Part shown: positions 19,504 to 29,514 of the stretch, piece after piece | How positions within the stretch are numbered: position 1 is the stretch's first letter | How the letters are laid out: every line of letters starts with the position of its first letter | From: an uncultured Collinsella sp. | Lineage (GTDB): Bacteria > Actinomycetota > Coriobacteriia > Coriobacteriales > Coriobacteriaceae | DNA: 64,000 bases | Direction of reading: 5' to 3' | NCBI GenBank assembly: GCA_900539735.1 | Contig: UQDE01000005.1 | Span: 1,452 to 65,451 of the forward strand | The notes under the pieces: model-generated | Told to the model about the DNA's origin: nothing | Seen by the model: only the letters and a program-made list of their open reading frames with translations | Databases searched by the model: none | Made by a program: the position numbers and the translations under genes

Positions 19504-20415
19504 ATGGACAACGGACTGTTTACGTACTTAGCAGCATTGCTATTGTTTGGCTCCAACGGCATCATCGCCGCTGCCATCGCGCTGCCGAGCTCCGATATCG
19601 TGCTACTGCGCACGTTTTTGGGCGCCCTCTCGCTTGTCACTATCCTTGCCATCACCCAACGCCATAAACTGCAGGCGCCATCTCGTCCCCGCGAAGCCGC
19701 AGCACTCCTTCTGTCGGGAGCCGCGCTGGGTGCCAGCTGGATTTTTCTGTTCCGTGCCTACCAGACGATCGGCGTCGGCGTATCCTCGCTGCTGTACTAC
19801 TGTGGCCCCATCATTGTCATGGCGCTCTCCCCACTCATCTTTGGTGAAAAACTGACCGGCGGCAAAATCGCCGGGTTTATCGCCGTCACCTGCGGTGCTT
19901 TTCTCATTGCAGCACAAGGTCTAGGCGGCAATATGCCCATTGCGGGTATCGTCTGCGGTATCGCCTCGGCATTTTGCTATGCGCTGATGGTCATCGCTAG
20001 CAAGGGTGCGCCACACATCGAAGGCCTCGAGAACTCCACGCTCCAGGTGAGCGCCGCCTTTGTGACCGCGCTGGTCCTCACGCTCATCACGCAGGGCGCT
20101 CCCTCATTCCTGTCCGCCGGCGTCGCCGCCAGTATTGATTGGCGCGCCGTCGTCATGCTCGGCGTCGTCAACACCGGCATCGGTTGCCTGCTCTACTTTA
20201 GTGCCGTCGCCAAGCTGCCCGTCCAGACCGTCGCGGTCGTCGGCTACCTCGAGCCGCTTTCGGCCGTCGTGTTCTCGGCCGTCCTTTTGGGCGAAGCCAT
20301 AACACCGGTCCGTCTGATGGGCGCCGCGCTTATCATCGGCGGCGCGATTTTTTGCGAACTCGCCGGCAAACGCGCAAACGCCAAGGCTGGCATCGCCCAG
20401 ACAGTACGTGCTTAA
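19504..20415 (+). CDS. DMT/EamA-family transporter
   Basis: ~10 TM segments; FGEKL, GYLEPLSAV and LLGEAIT. Confidence 0.9.
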   Translation: MDNGLFTYLAALLLFGSNGIIAAAIALPSSDIVLLRTFLGALSLVTILAITQRHKLQAPSRPREAAALLLSGAALGASWIFLFRAYQTIGVGVSSLLYYCGPIIVMALSPLIFGEKLTGGKIAGFIAVTCGAFLIAAQGLGGNMPIAGIVCGIASAFCYALMVIASKGAPHIEGLENSTLQVSAAFVTALVLTLITQGAPSFLSAGVAASIDWRAVVMLGVVNTGIGCLLYFSAVAKLPVQTVAVVGYLEPLSAVVFSAVLLGEAITPVRLMGAALIIGGAIFCELAGKRANAKAGIAQTVRA

Positions 20416-20512
20416 AAGCCCCTGCTTTGAAATGCTACCTGCGTAGATAAATAATCCCCAGCTGAGGATTATTGTCTAAAATAACCTGATGTGCCAAACT
20501 GCTCTTGTATGT

Positions 20513-20530
20513 ATAAAGACGGCATAAAGA
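20513..20530. promoter_or_regulatory. OmpR/KdpE-type direct repeat upstream of kup
   Basis: ATAAAGA repeated with an 11-bp period. Confidence 0.45.
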
Positions 20531-20573
20531 TTATCTGTCCTAAACAGATAACCGGATGTCTAAGGGAGTCCAC

Positions 20574-22805
20574 GTGGCACACAACAAACTGGAGGCAAGC
20601 CCCCAAGACCAGCGTGGTCAAGGCGGGCACGGAGCCATCCCCCTCTCCGCTGGCATGCTGCTTGTAACGCTCGGCGTCGTCTATGGCGACATCGGCACGA
20701 GCCCCATGTACACCATGAAATCAATCGTCGCCAACAACGGCGGCATCGGTACCGTCAGCGAGGACATGATCCTGGGCGCGCTTTCGCTCGTCATCTGGAC
20801 CATGACACTCGTGACCACGGTCAAGTACGTGGTAATCGCCATGAAGGCCGACAACCACAACGAAGGCGGCATCTTCGCCCTGTTTAGTCTGGTGCGAAAA
20901 GTGGCACCATGGCTGATCCTACCTGCCATGATCGGCGGCGCGGCGCTGCTCGCCGACGGCATCCTCACCCCCGCGGTCACGGTCACCACAGCCATCGAGG
21001 GCCTGCGTACCATCGAGTGGGGCCACGCGCTGCTTGGCGACGGCCAGACCAACGTCATCATCATCACCATCATCATTATCTGCGGCCTATTTGCCATGCA
21101 GCGCGCCGGCACCTCGTCAATCGGCAAGCTCTTCGGCCCGCTCATGACGCTGTGGTTCCTGTTCCTGGCAGGCGCCGGTCTGTTCAACATGCTCGGCAAC
21201 CTGTCCATCTTGCGCGCGCTCAACCCCATCCGCGGCATTATGTTCCTGTTCTCGCCCATCAACCATTCGGGCATTATGGTGCTCGGCTTTGTCTTCCTGT
21301 CGACAACCGGTGCCGAGGCACTCTACTCGGACATGGGCCACGTGGGCAAGGCAAACATCTATGCATCCTGGCCATTTGTTAAGACGGCCCTTATCCTCAA
21401 CTATCTGGGTCAGGGAGCTTGGCTACTCGCCAATAACTCCAACCCCCAGATGCTCGCGATGGATATCGTTAACCCGTTCTATATGATGCTTCCCGAGCCC
21501 CTGCGCCCCTTTGCCATTGTGCTTTCGGCCGTGGCGGCCATCATCGCCTCGCAGGCGCTCATCACCGGCTCGTTCTCGCTGGTATCCGAGGCAACGCGCC
21601 TCAACCTTATGCCGCACCTACGCATCCACTACCCCAGCGACACCAAGGGTCAGCTCTATATTCCGCTCGTCAACAACATCATGTGGGTCGGCTGCATCTT
21701 CATCGTGCTGTTGTTCCAGAACTCCGAGCGCATGGAAAGCGCCTATGGCCTCGCCATCACCGTGACCATGCTCATGACCACCACGCTGCTGACGAGCTAT
21801 ATCGTCGGCATTCTCAAGCACAGACTGGGCGCCTGCGTCTTCGCCCTGCTTTTTGGCGCCATTGAGCTGTGCTTCTTCGCTTCGTGCCTCACCATGTTCT
21901 TTGACGGCGGCTATGTGATGATCTTCCTGGCCGCACTGCTGTTTGGCCTTATGTATGTGTGGCGTCGCGGCACCGCCATCGAGCGCACACAGACGATTCT
22001 GCTGCCCGTCTCCAAGTACATCGACCAGCTCAATCGCCTGCGCAATGACGAGACCTATCCCGTGCTCGCTGACAATCTGGTATTTCTCACCAACAGCCCC
22101 GACCCGCTCACGCTCGACCGCGACGTGCTCTATTCCATCCTGGACAAGCACCCCAAGCGCGCCAAGGCATATTGGTTCATCAACGTGCACGTTACCGACG
22201 AACCCTATACGCACGAGTATTCCGTCGAGACCTTTGGCACAGACTTCCTCTTCCGCGTTCGCCTGGACCTGGGCTTTAAGGTCAACCAGCGCGTCAACGC
22301 CTATCTGCGTCAGATCGTCGGCGACTTGATGGCATCGGGCGAGCTGCCGCCGCAGCATCACACCTACTCCATCTACGAGACGCGCGGCAACGTGGGCGAC
22401 TTCCGTTTTTGCATGCTGCGCAAGATGCTTGCCCCCGAAACGGACATCAACCGCAACGACCACCGCGTCATGGCCATCAAGTACGCCGTCCGCCGCGCCT
22501 GCGGAAGCCCGGCACGCTGGTACGGTCTTGAGAACTCGGCCATCATCATCGAGTACGTGCCCCTCTTTGCCCGCATGCGTCCGGCCGTTAAGCTCGTGCG
22601 CACCCAGGTGCCGCTCGAGGTTCAGATCGAAGAGGCCGAGGAAATGGAAGTCGACATCTTCTCGGACGACTTGGTCAACGGCAACGAAGCCGGTAGGGAC
22701 ATGAACGTCGACCCCACCGAGTTGCTCGAGAGCGTCGCCGATACGCCCGAACAGCAACAGCTCGACGGCCTCGAGAACGAACAGCTCAACGACGCCAACT
22801 TCTAG
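20574..22805 (+). CDS. kup: KUP/HAK/KT potassium transporter
   Basis: GVVYGDIGTSPMY, EGGIFAL, DGILTPA, TGAEALYSDMGH and GQLYIP. Confidence 0.96.
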   Translation: MAHNKLEASPQDQRGQGGHGAIPLSAGMLLVTLGVVYGDIGTSPMYTMKSIVANNGGIGTVSEDMILGALSLVIWTMTLVTTVKYVVIAMKADNHNEGGIFALFSLVRKVAPWLILPAMIGGAALLADGILTPAVTVTTAIEGLRTIEWGHALLGDGQTNVIIITIIIICGLFAMQRAGTSSIGKLFGPLMTLWFLFLAGAGLFNMLGNLSILRALNPIRGIMFLFSPINHSGIMVLGFVFLSTTGAEALYSDMGHVGKANIYASWPFVKTALILNYLGQGAWLLANNSNPQMLAMDIVNPFYMMLPEPLRPFAIVLSAVAAIIASQALITGSFSLVSEATRLNLMPHLRIHYPSDTKGQLYIPLVNNIMWVGCIFIVLLFQNSERMESAYGLAITVTMLMTTTLLTSYIVGILKHRLGACVFALLFGAIELCFFASCLTMFFDGGYVMIFLAALLFGLMYVWRRGTAIERTQTILLPVSKYIDQLNRLRNDETYPVLADNLVFLTNSPDPLTLDRDVLYSILDKHPKRAKAYWFINVHVTDEPYTHEYSVETFGTDFLFRVRLDLGFKVNQRVNAYLRQIVGDLMASGELPPQHHTYSIYETRGNVGDFRFCMLRKMLAPETDINRNDHRVMAIKYAVRRACGSPARWYGLENSAIIIEYVPLFARMRPAVKLVRTQVPLEVQIEEAEEMEVDIFSDDLVNGNEAGRDMNVDPTELLESVADTPEQQQLDGLENEQLNDANF

Positions 22806-22825
22806 CGACGTCACAAATCAACGAC

Positions 22826-22863
22826 AGCGGCCCTGCACCTCACGGGAGATGCAGGGCCGCTTT
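22826..22863. terminator. Bidirectional terminator
   Basis: AGCGGCCCTGCA/TGCAGGGCCGCT hairpin between convergent genes. Confidence 0.75.
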
Positions 22864-22884
22864 GCATTGCGGTAAAGCTATCGG

Positions 22885-23850
22885 CTACGAACGACGCGGC
22901 TCGGGAACCACGAGCCTATCGGGGCTCGCGCCCTCGGCATCCATCAGGCTCACGTAGCGAATCGACGGATCCCCATACATCGCGTAGTAATAATTGCCCG
23001 TGCGCGCGCTAAAGCATCCGGTGTAGATAGTCTTCTCGAACTTGCCATCGCCCATCCTGGACGCTCCCTCGATCATCACCACGCCCTCGAGCGAGCGGAA
23101 CATGCGAACGACGTTTTCGGTCTCGCTCTCCTTTTGCGGGTAATTGGCATTGAGGTACGCCGCCTTTACAAAACGGCTCGGCGAATAGCAATCGCCCGGA
23201 ATGCCGCGCATGCCGGCACCGGCTCCATAGGGCTTGAGCTCGGCGCCACGCCATGTCGCCGTCTGCGGAAAATCGCTTGTGGCGGTGATATAGGTGCGTA
23301 GGTTTTCCATATGCCACGGGAAGGTCGGCTGATTGGCAAGGGTGTCGACCGGATCGTCGTATACATGCAGGCCGTCAGCCATCATCTCGACCACGATGCT
23401 GCGCTGGCTGTCGCCGATAATCCAATGGAGCAGTGACACGCCCAGCCCCTCTCCGGCAGATTTGGCGACAATCACCGTGTCGCGCAGCGCGGCCTCGACC
23501 TCATCGACCGTCGAGAACGTCGCTGCCACCCATAGGGGGAACTCATAGGCCGCGATATTGGTCTTTCCATCAACCGGACCCTCGGCATACTCGGCATAGC
23601 CGGGAAAGTTTAGCCCCGCCACAGCCAGACCCGCATCGTTACCGCAATCGAAGAACATGGGATAGTTCTTGTAATCGATGCACATACCGATCACCGCGTG
23701 TGCCGCTGTCGCGTCGTCGATAAACGAATACGGAACGTGAAACCCGCGCGGCATCACGCGAACCTGTTGGCCGTAGTCAAAGCTCCAGTCGAGGTTGCGG
23801 CCTAGATACATGTGACCAGAATTATCGGTAAATCGAATGCTCGTACACAT
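22885..23850 (-). CDS. bsh: Choloylglycine (bile salt) hydrolase, Ntn-hydrolase
   Basis: AGGAGG RBS, MCTSIRF (Cys2 nucleophile), GRNLDW, LANQPTF and PGDCYSPSRFVKA. Confidence 0.9.
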   Translation of the reverse strand: MCTSIRFTDNSGHMYLGRNLDWSFDYGQQVRVMPRGFHVPYSFIDDATAAHAVIGMCIDYKNYPMFFDCGNDAGLAVAGLNFPGYAEYAEGPVDGKTNIAAYEFPLWVAATFSTVDEVEAALRDTVIVAKSAGEGLGVSLLHWIIGDSQRSIVVEMMADGLHVYDDPVDTLANQPTFPWHMENLRTYITATSDFPQTATWRGAELKPYGAGAGMRGIPGDCYSPSRFVKAAYLNANYPQKESETENVVRMFRSLEGVVMIEGASRMGDGKFEKTIYTGCFSARTGNYYYAMYGDPSIRYVSLMDAEGASPDRLVVPEPRRS

Positions 23851-23981
23851 AGCGCCTCCTAGCTTTACGTTCTTGCTAAGCTCATTGTCACCAAACAAAA
23901 AGGCGCTAAACACAAAAGCCCGGACATGACAACAATGTCACGCCCGGACCAAAAGAGACGAAGTGCGGTGCTGTAGTCACC

Positions 23982-24413
23982 CTAGACAAGTTTACCTTGG
24001 CAGTGATCGATCATATGCTGGATCATCTGTGCCTCAAAGCCCGCGTAGTCGCGGCGGCACTCCTTCATCTTGCCGTCGACGATCTGGTCAAAGGCAACCT
24101 TGCACTTGATATAGCGCGTGGACTTGGTGACCTCCTCGTGCGTCAGGCAGCTCTCCTCCATCTTACTGGCGCCCAGGCCAAACACCAGACGGGGGTTGTA
24201 GAGCACGTGGGGCTCGCCGGCATCGTCCAGATAGACGCAGACCTTCTTGGTGACGCCGATCTGGTTGGCAGCCAAGCAGCCGGCATCATCGAGCGACTTG
24301 ATGGTATCAATCAGATCCTGAGCGACCGACTCGTCCTCGACAGTCGCAACCTCGCAACGCTGGGACAGGATAGCCTCGTCGTGGCAAAGCTCTTTAATCA
24401 TACGTTCCTCCAT
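23982..24413 (-). CDS. Peptide deformylase-like protein with degenerate catalytic motifs
   Basis: CLAANQIG, ESCLT and QHMIDH (HEXXH Glu replaced by Met). Confidence 0.8.
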   Translation of the reverse strand: MEERMIKELCHDEAILSQRCEVATVEDESVAQDLIDTIKSLDDAGCLAANQIGVTKKVCVYLDDAGEPHVLYNPRLVFGLGASKMEESCLTHEEVTKSTRYIKCKVAFDQIVDGKMKECRRDYAGFEAQMIQHMIDHCQGKLV

Positions 24414-24594
24414 AGGGGTCGTTGTAACCGCTTAAGTATACGGTACCCACACATTCTCATGCGAAAAATACCGTCCGTCTGCTACAAAGCGCCGAACATC
24501 AACATGCGAGGAACGACAGCGTCGTAAAGGGGCTATAGTGGGTGAGTTCGTGTCAATCGGCCTAAACTCGGGGCCGAACAAGGAAAGGGTATGC

Positions 24595-25905
24595 ATGGAC
24601 GAACTATTTCACGTCAGCGAGCGCAAGTCCACAATCGGGACCGAACTTCGCGCTGGACTGACAACATTCCTGGCGATGGCCTACATCATCGCCGTCAACC
24701 CCGCTGTGCTCTCGGGCGCTGGCATCGATGCGGGAGCGCTCGCCTGCGCCACCTGCCTGGGCGCCGGCATCATGACCATCTGCATGGGCATCTTCGCCAA
24801 CCGCCCGCTCGCCTGCGCGTCGGGCTTAGGCGTCAACGCGATGATCGCCGGAATCACCACCACCGTCTGCGGCGGTGACTGGCACGTGGCCATGAGCGTC
24901 ATCTTCCTCGAAGGTATCGTCATCTTGCTGCTCGTGCTTTGTGGCCTGCGCGAGGCCATCATGGACGCCATCCCCGTGGTTCTGCGCCACGCTATCTCGG
25001 TGGGCCTGGGCCTGTTCATCGCCATGATTGGCCTGTGCGATGCCGGCATTATCACCGCTGGCGCCGGTACACTCGTCGGTCTGGGCGACATCACCTCCCC
25101 CACCTTCATCGTCGGCATCATCTCCATCCTGGTGACGGTCGCCCTCGCCTGCCGCAACGTCCCCGGCTCGCTGCTCATCGGCATCGTCGTCGCCGTCATC
25201 GCCGGTATCCCCCTAGGTGTGACCCAGGCTCCGACCGGTATCATCGCCCCGCTCGACTTCTCGAGCATCGGTGGCCCCATCGCCGACGCCGGCGGCGTGC
25301 CCGCCATCGTCAAGGTCCTTACCGACCCCACGCTCCTCGTCATCTCGTTCTCGCTGCTCATGAGTGACTTCTTCGACACCATGGGCACCGCGATGGCCGT
25401 GGCCAAGCAGGGCGAGTTCCTCACCGACGACGGCAACGTCGAGAATATCAAGGAGATCCTGATCGTCGACTCCGCCGCCGCCGCTGTGGGCGGTTTCATG
25501 GGCGTCTCCTCCATCACCACCTTCGTCGAGTCCACCTCTGGCGCTGCCGACGGTGGCCGCACGGGCCTCACCTCCGTCACCACCGGCGTGCTGTTCATTC
25601 TCGCCGCGTTCTTCTCCCCCATCGTCACCATCGTTTCCAGCGCCGCCACCTGCGGTGCTCTGGTCTACGTCGGTTACCTCATGATGAGCGAGGCCTCCGA
25701 GATCGACTGGTCCGACGTGTCGCAGGGTTTCCCGGCGTTCATGATTGTCGCCGGCGTGCCCTTCACCTACTCCATCTCTGCCGGCATCGGTCTGGGCTTT
25801 ATCGCCTACGTGATCGTCGCGCTCTTTAAGGGCGAGGCCTCCAAGATCAAGCCGCTCATGTGGATCGCAGCCCTTGCCTTCCTCGTCTACTTCTTCGTGG
25901 CGTAA
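24595..25905 (+). CDS. NCS2/AzgA-family purine (guanine/hypoxanthine) permease
   Basis: ELRAGLTTFLAMAYII, DFFDTMGT and FVESTSG...GGRTGLT. Confidence 0.92.
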   Translation: MDELFHVSERKSTIGTELRAGLTTFLAMAYIIAVNPAVLSGAGIDAGALACATCLGAGIMTICMGIFANRPLACASGLGVNAMIAGITTTVCGGDWHVAMSVIFLEGIVILLLVLCGLREAIMDAIPVVLRHAISVGLGLFIAMIGLCDAGIITAGAGTLVGLGDITSPTFIVGIISILVTVALACRNVPGSLLIGIVVAVIAGIPLGVTQAPTGIIAPLDFSSIGGPIADAGGVPAIVKVLTDPTLLVISFSLLMSDFFDTMGTAMAVAKQGEFLTDDGNVENIKEILIVDSAAAAVGGFMGVSSITTFVESTSGAADGGRTGLTSVTTGVLFILAAFFSPIVTIVSSAATCGALVYVGYLMMSEASEIDWSDVSQGFPAFMIVAGVPFTYSISAGIGLGFIAYVIVALFKGEASKIKPLMWIAALAFLVYFFVA

Positions 25906-25932
25906 CGGCACAGCCTGCTAAAGCAAAACAAC

Positions 25933-25973
25933 AAGGCGCGGAGTCGCATCGAGCGGCTCCGCGCCTTTCTTTT
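25933..25973 (+). terminator. Intrinsic terminator
   Basis: AAGGCGCGGAG/CTCCGCGCCTT followed by TCTTTT. Confidence 0.8.
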
Positions 25974-26042
25974 AGCGACGGTCCCTACACCGACGTGCGA
26001 CAATCGTGTTTGTAGATGTCGAAATGCAGAGAGAAGCCCGTC

Positions 26043-26708
26043 ATGAAAGCGTGCCAAAAGCAGATAACCGTTTATTCAGAGTGTGCGGAAGGCGCGCCCG
26101 TCATCTACCTCCCCGTAGTTATGGGCGACGGTAGTGGAGTCTACGAGTGCTGCCGAGAGCTCGACTGCCCACCGTTCACCCTTGTCGCCATTGGCGGGCT
26201 CGATTGGAATCGCGAGCTGAGCCCTTGGGAATGCGACGGAACCGTACGCGATGCCGAGCCCTTTGGTGGACAGGCGTCCGAGTTTCTCGATGAACTGCTG
26301 AACCGAATAATCCCAAAGGTCGAATCATCGCTCCCACAGCCACCTGTTTGGCGTGGCATTGCCGGTTATTCGCTGGCGGGCCTCTTTTCGCTTTGGACCC
26401 TCTGGCAGACCGATGTCTTTGACCGCGCCGCAAGCGCATCGGGCTCCCTGTGGTTTCCTGGCTTTATCGACTACGCGCACGAGCACACGATGTCGAACGC
26501 GCCCGATGCCGTCTATCTGTCACTCGGCAAAAAGGAGACCAAGACACCCAACCGCATGATGAGGCACGTCCTCGAAGACACACGCGCCATGGAAAAACTG
26601 CTCGGCGAACGTGGTATTCCCGCGACGCTGGAGCTCAACCCCGGCAACCACTTTGCCCAAACTGACCTGCGCATGGCACACGGCATCCACTGGATACTGA
26701 CGCATTAA
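26043..26708 (+). CDS. Alpha/beta hydrolase (esterase-like)
   Basis: GYSLAG nucleophile elbow, SGSLWFPGF and NPGNHF. Confidence 0.85.
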   Translation: MKACQKQITVYSECAEGAPVIYLPVVMGDGSGVYECCRELDCPPFTLVAIGGLDWNRELSPWECDGTVRDAEPFGGQASEFLDELLNRIIPKVESSLPQPPVWRGIAGYSLAGLFSLWTLWQTDVFDRAASASGSLWFPGFIDYAHEHTMSNAPDAVYLSLGKKETKTPNRMMRHVLEDTRAMEKLLGERGIPATLELNPGNHFAQTDLRMAHGIHWILTH

Positions 26709-26709
26709 T

Positions 26710-26748
26710 AATGGCGTCCACGCGTGCATACGCATGGACGCCATTTTT
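26710..26748. terminator. Bidirectional terminator
   Basis: AATGGCGTCCA/TGGACGCCATT followed by TTT. Confidence 0.75.
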
Positions 26749-26768
26749 AATTTGGCTGAACGCAGCCA

Positions 26769-28103
26769 CTATTCAGCAGTCTCCTCAAGCTCGGAAGTAT
26801 CGAACTCAAAGTCGTTACCGGGCAGGATGGCGTTGAGCACAATGCCCACCAGCGAGCCCACGGCAAGGCCGGAAAGCGAAATCGTCACGCCGGCCAGGTC
26901 CAGCACGATGGCACCGGCGGTGCTGTAGGCAATGCCGAGTGAAAGCACGAGCACCAGAGCGGCCACCAGCACGTTGCGGTTGTTCTGGAAATCGACCTGG
27001 TTCTCAATGAGGTTGCGTACGCCCACGGCACTGATCATGCCATAGAGCACGAGCGACACTCCGCCGATTACACACGCCGGCATGGCGGCGATGACCGCGG
27101 CGAACTTGGGGCAGAACGAAAGCACAATGGCGCAGCACGCGGCGATGCGAATCACACGCGGGTCGAACACGCGCGTCAGGGCGAGCACGCCAGTGTTCTC
27201 GCCATACGTGGTGTTGGCCGGAGCGCCAAAGAGCGAAGCCAGAATCGTGGCGAGACCATCGCCGAGCAGCGTGCGATGCAGGCCGGGATCGGCAATGTAG
27301 TTGCGTTCACAGGTGGAGCCAATGGCGGAGATATCACCGATATGTTCGATCATGGTCGCGAAAGCCAGCGGCATGATGGTGATGATGGCCGTCGTGGCAA
27401 GACCGCTATCGAACTGCGGCCCAAAGAGTGCAAACACGGTGTTGTCCCACACGATGGGCAAACCGACCCACGGAGCGGCGGCAACGCCCGAGAAATCAAC
27501 CTCGCCGAGCGCAGCCGCAACGGCATAGCTCACCACAACGCCCAGCAAAATCGGCACGATCTTGACCATGCCACGGCCCCAGATGTTGCAGATGACGATA
27601 ACGGCAACGCCAATGACAGCCACAAGCCAGTTGGTCTGGCAGTTAGCAATAGCGGAACTTGCCAGGATCAAGCCGATGGAAATGACGATGGGGCCAGTCA
27701 CCACCGGCGGAAAGAAACGCATGACACGCTTGGCGCCAAACGCGCGGAAGAGCGCCGCCAGCACCGGATAGAGCAGACCGGCACAAGCTACGCCTAGGCA
27801 GGCGTAGGGCAAAAGCTCGGCCTCGCCGTTGGGCGCGATTGCGGCATAGCCTGCGATAAAGGCAAACGATGAGCCCAAAAATGCCGGCACCTTACCGCGC
27901 GACAGGAAGTGGAACAGCAGCGTGCCCAAGCCGGCAAACAAAAGCGTTGCCGATACCGAGAGGCCGGTGAGCACGGGCACCAGCACGGTGGCGCCAAACA
28001 TGGCAAACAGGTGCTGTAGGCCGAGCAGGAACATGCGCGGGCGGCCGAGCGACGATGCGTCGTAGATGGCATCGCTGACGGCGGGCGTCGAGGACTGGGA
28101 CAT
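26769..28103 (-). CDS. uraA: Uracil/xanthine permease (NCS2, UraA-like)
   Basis: GLQHLFAMFGATVLVP, FLGSSFAF, EHIGD and NTTYGENTGV. Confidence 0.9.
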   Translation of the reverse strand: MSQSSTPAVSDAIYDASSLGRPRMFLLGLQHLFAMFGATVLVPVLTGLSVSATLLFAGLGTLLFHFLSRGKVPAFLGSSFAFIAGYAAIAPNGEAELLPYACLGVACAGLLYPVLAALFRAFGAKRVMRFFPPVVTGPIVISIGLILASSAIANCQTNWLVAVIGVAVIVICNIWGRGMVKIVPILLGVVVSYAVAAALGEVDFSGVAAAPWVGLPIVWDNTVFALFGPQFDSGLATTAIITIMPLAFATMIEHIGDISAIGSTCERNYIADPGLHRTLLGDGLATILASLFGAPANTTYGENTGVLALTRVFDPRVIRIAACCAIVLSFCPKFAAVIAAMPACVIGGVSLVLYGMISAVGVRNLIENQVDFQNNRNVLVAALVLVLSLGIAYSTAGAIVLDLAGVTISLSGLAVGSLVGIVLNAILPGNDFEFDTSELEETAE

Positions 28104-28225
28104 GGATGTCCTTTCGAATGGAAGGGCGATCAGGCATATCGGATAACCTGCCCGAACGATACGATCCGAACCATTGTACGCGATACACTATGCCTCGCAC
28201 GCGCCGCCACCTGCAAACACTAGCG

Positions 28226-29359
28226 CTATTTCCAAACGCGCTCGGCAATGCGCTTGACCAGCGCGATCTTTGCCCATTGCTCATCCTCGGTCAGCTTGTT
28301 GCCAATCTCGCAGCTGGCAAAGCCGCACTGAGGCGACAGATACAGGTTCTCGAGCGGCACGTACTTTGCGGCTTCACGGATGCGCTCGACGATAACATCC
28401 TCGTTCTCGAGCTCTGCCGCCTTGGTGGTTACCAAGCCCAGCACGACCTTCTTGCCCGGGGCAACGTACTTGAGCGGCTCAAAACCGCCGGCGCGCGGCG
28501 TATCGAACTCCAGGTAAAATGCATCGACATCCTCGTTTGCGAACAGGTACGGCGCGATGGGGTCATAGCCGCCCTCGAAGGCATAGGTGGAGTGGTAGTT
28601 GCCGCGGCACACATGCGTGTTGATGACCAGATCGTCGGGCTTGTCCGCGATGGCGGCATTGTTGAGCGCCACGCCCAGCTCGCTTACCTTTTGCAGGTCG
28701 ACCGGGCTCATGCCGGTTTTGGCGACAAAATCGGTGTCGCAGTAGATGCCCCAGGTGCAGTCATCAAACTGGATGTTGCGGCAGCCTGCTGCGTACAGGT
28801 CGGCGATCACCGTGCGATAAGCGGCTGCGATGGCGTCGGCAAGTTCCTCATCGGTCTTATAGACAGCGCGCAGGCTCTCCTGCTGGCCGTCGCAGCGGTC
28901 GAGCGTGACTTCGGAGAACGTCTGGATCGGCGCCGGAATGGTTTGCCGCGCGACCTGACCCTCCCCCTCGAGCGCCTTGACAAATTTAAAGTGCTCGACG
29001 AACGGATGGTTCTCGCCGCTAATGGGGCCGGTTACCACGGCGGTGTCGGCTGTGGTCTCCTCGTCGTGGAACATATAGCCCGTACGCGAGGTACGGCGTT
29101 CAATGCCGTTGAGCCCCCACATAAAGTCGAGGTGCCAGTAACTGCGGCGAAACTCGCCATCGGTAATCACCTGCAGACCAGCGGACTTTTGCTTGTCCAC
29201 CAGGTCGCGAATGGCCTCATCCTCGACGGCCTTAAGGCCGGCGGCGTCGAGTGTGCCCGCGGCATAGGCGGCACGGGCGTCCTTTACGGCCTGTGGACGA
29301 AGAAAGCTGCCGACGATATCGGCGCGAAACGGCGCGTTCAGCGTGGTTAAAGCACTCAT
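28226..29359 (-). CDS. Cobalamin-independent methionine synthase II family (YxjG/H-like)
   Basis: ADIVGSFLRP, TDGEFRR, HVCRGN, LEFD and LSPQCGFAS. Confidence 0.9.
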   Translation of the reverse strand: MSALTTLNAPFRADIVGSFLRPQAVKDARAAYAAGTLDAAGLKAVEDEAIRDLVDKQKSAGLQVITDGEFRRSYWHLDFMWGLNGIERRTSRTGYMFHDEETTADTAVVTGPISGENHPFVEHFKFVKALEGEGQVARQTIPAPIQTFSEVTLDRCDGQQESLRAVYKTDEELADAIAAAYRTVIADLYAAGCRNIQFDDCTWGIYCDTDFVAKTGMSPVDLQKVSELGVALNNAAIADKPDDLVINTHVCRGNYHSTYAFEGGYDPIAPYLFANEDVDAFYLEFDTPRAGGFEPLKYVAPGKKVVLGLVTTKAAELENEDVIVERIREAAKYVPLENLYLSPQCGFASCEIGNKLTEDEQWAKIALVKRIAERVWK

Positions 29360-29448
29360 AGATATCTCCCTTTGCATTGGTTGCTTTACTGGGACAAAGT
29401 ATGAGCGCTCATATAGCCATCGTAAAATATACGTTTATAACAGTTTGA

Positions 29449-29465
29449 TATAGATGCTTCCTATA
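29449..29465. promoter_or_regulatory. MtaR/MetR-type LysR box
   Basis: TATAG-N7-CTATA 17-bp palindrome upstream of the methionine synthase-like gene. Confidence 0.6.
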
Positions 29466-29514
29466 TCAGTTGGGACTGCCATGAAGAGATTTGACCTGTA
29501 CAGGACGCAGCAGT

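Noticed and set aside
20416..20573. c-di-AMP (ydaO) riboswitch upstream of kup
   Set aside because: No recognisable ydaO consensus; the region is AT-rich with simple hairpins
24420..24594. Purine riboswitch upstream of the NCS2 permease
   Set aside because: Conserved purine aptamer core not found; only a short hairpin before the RBS
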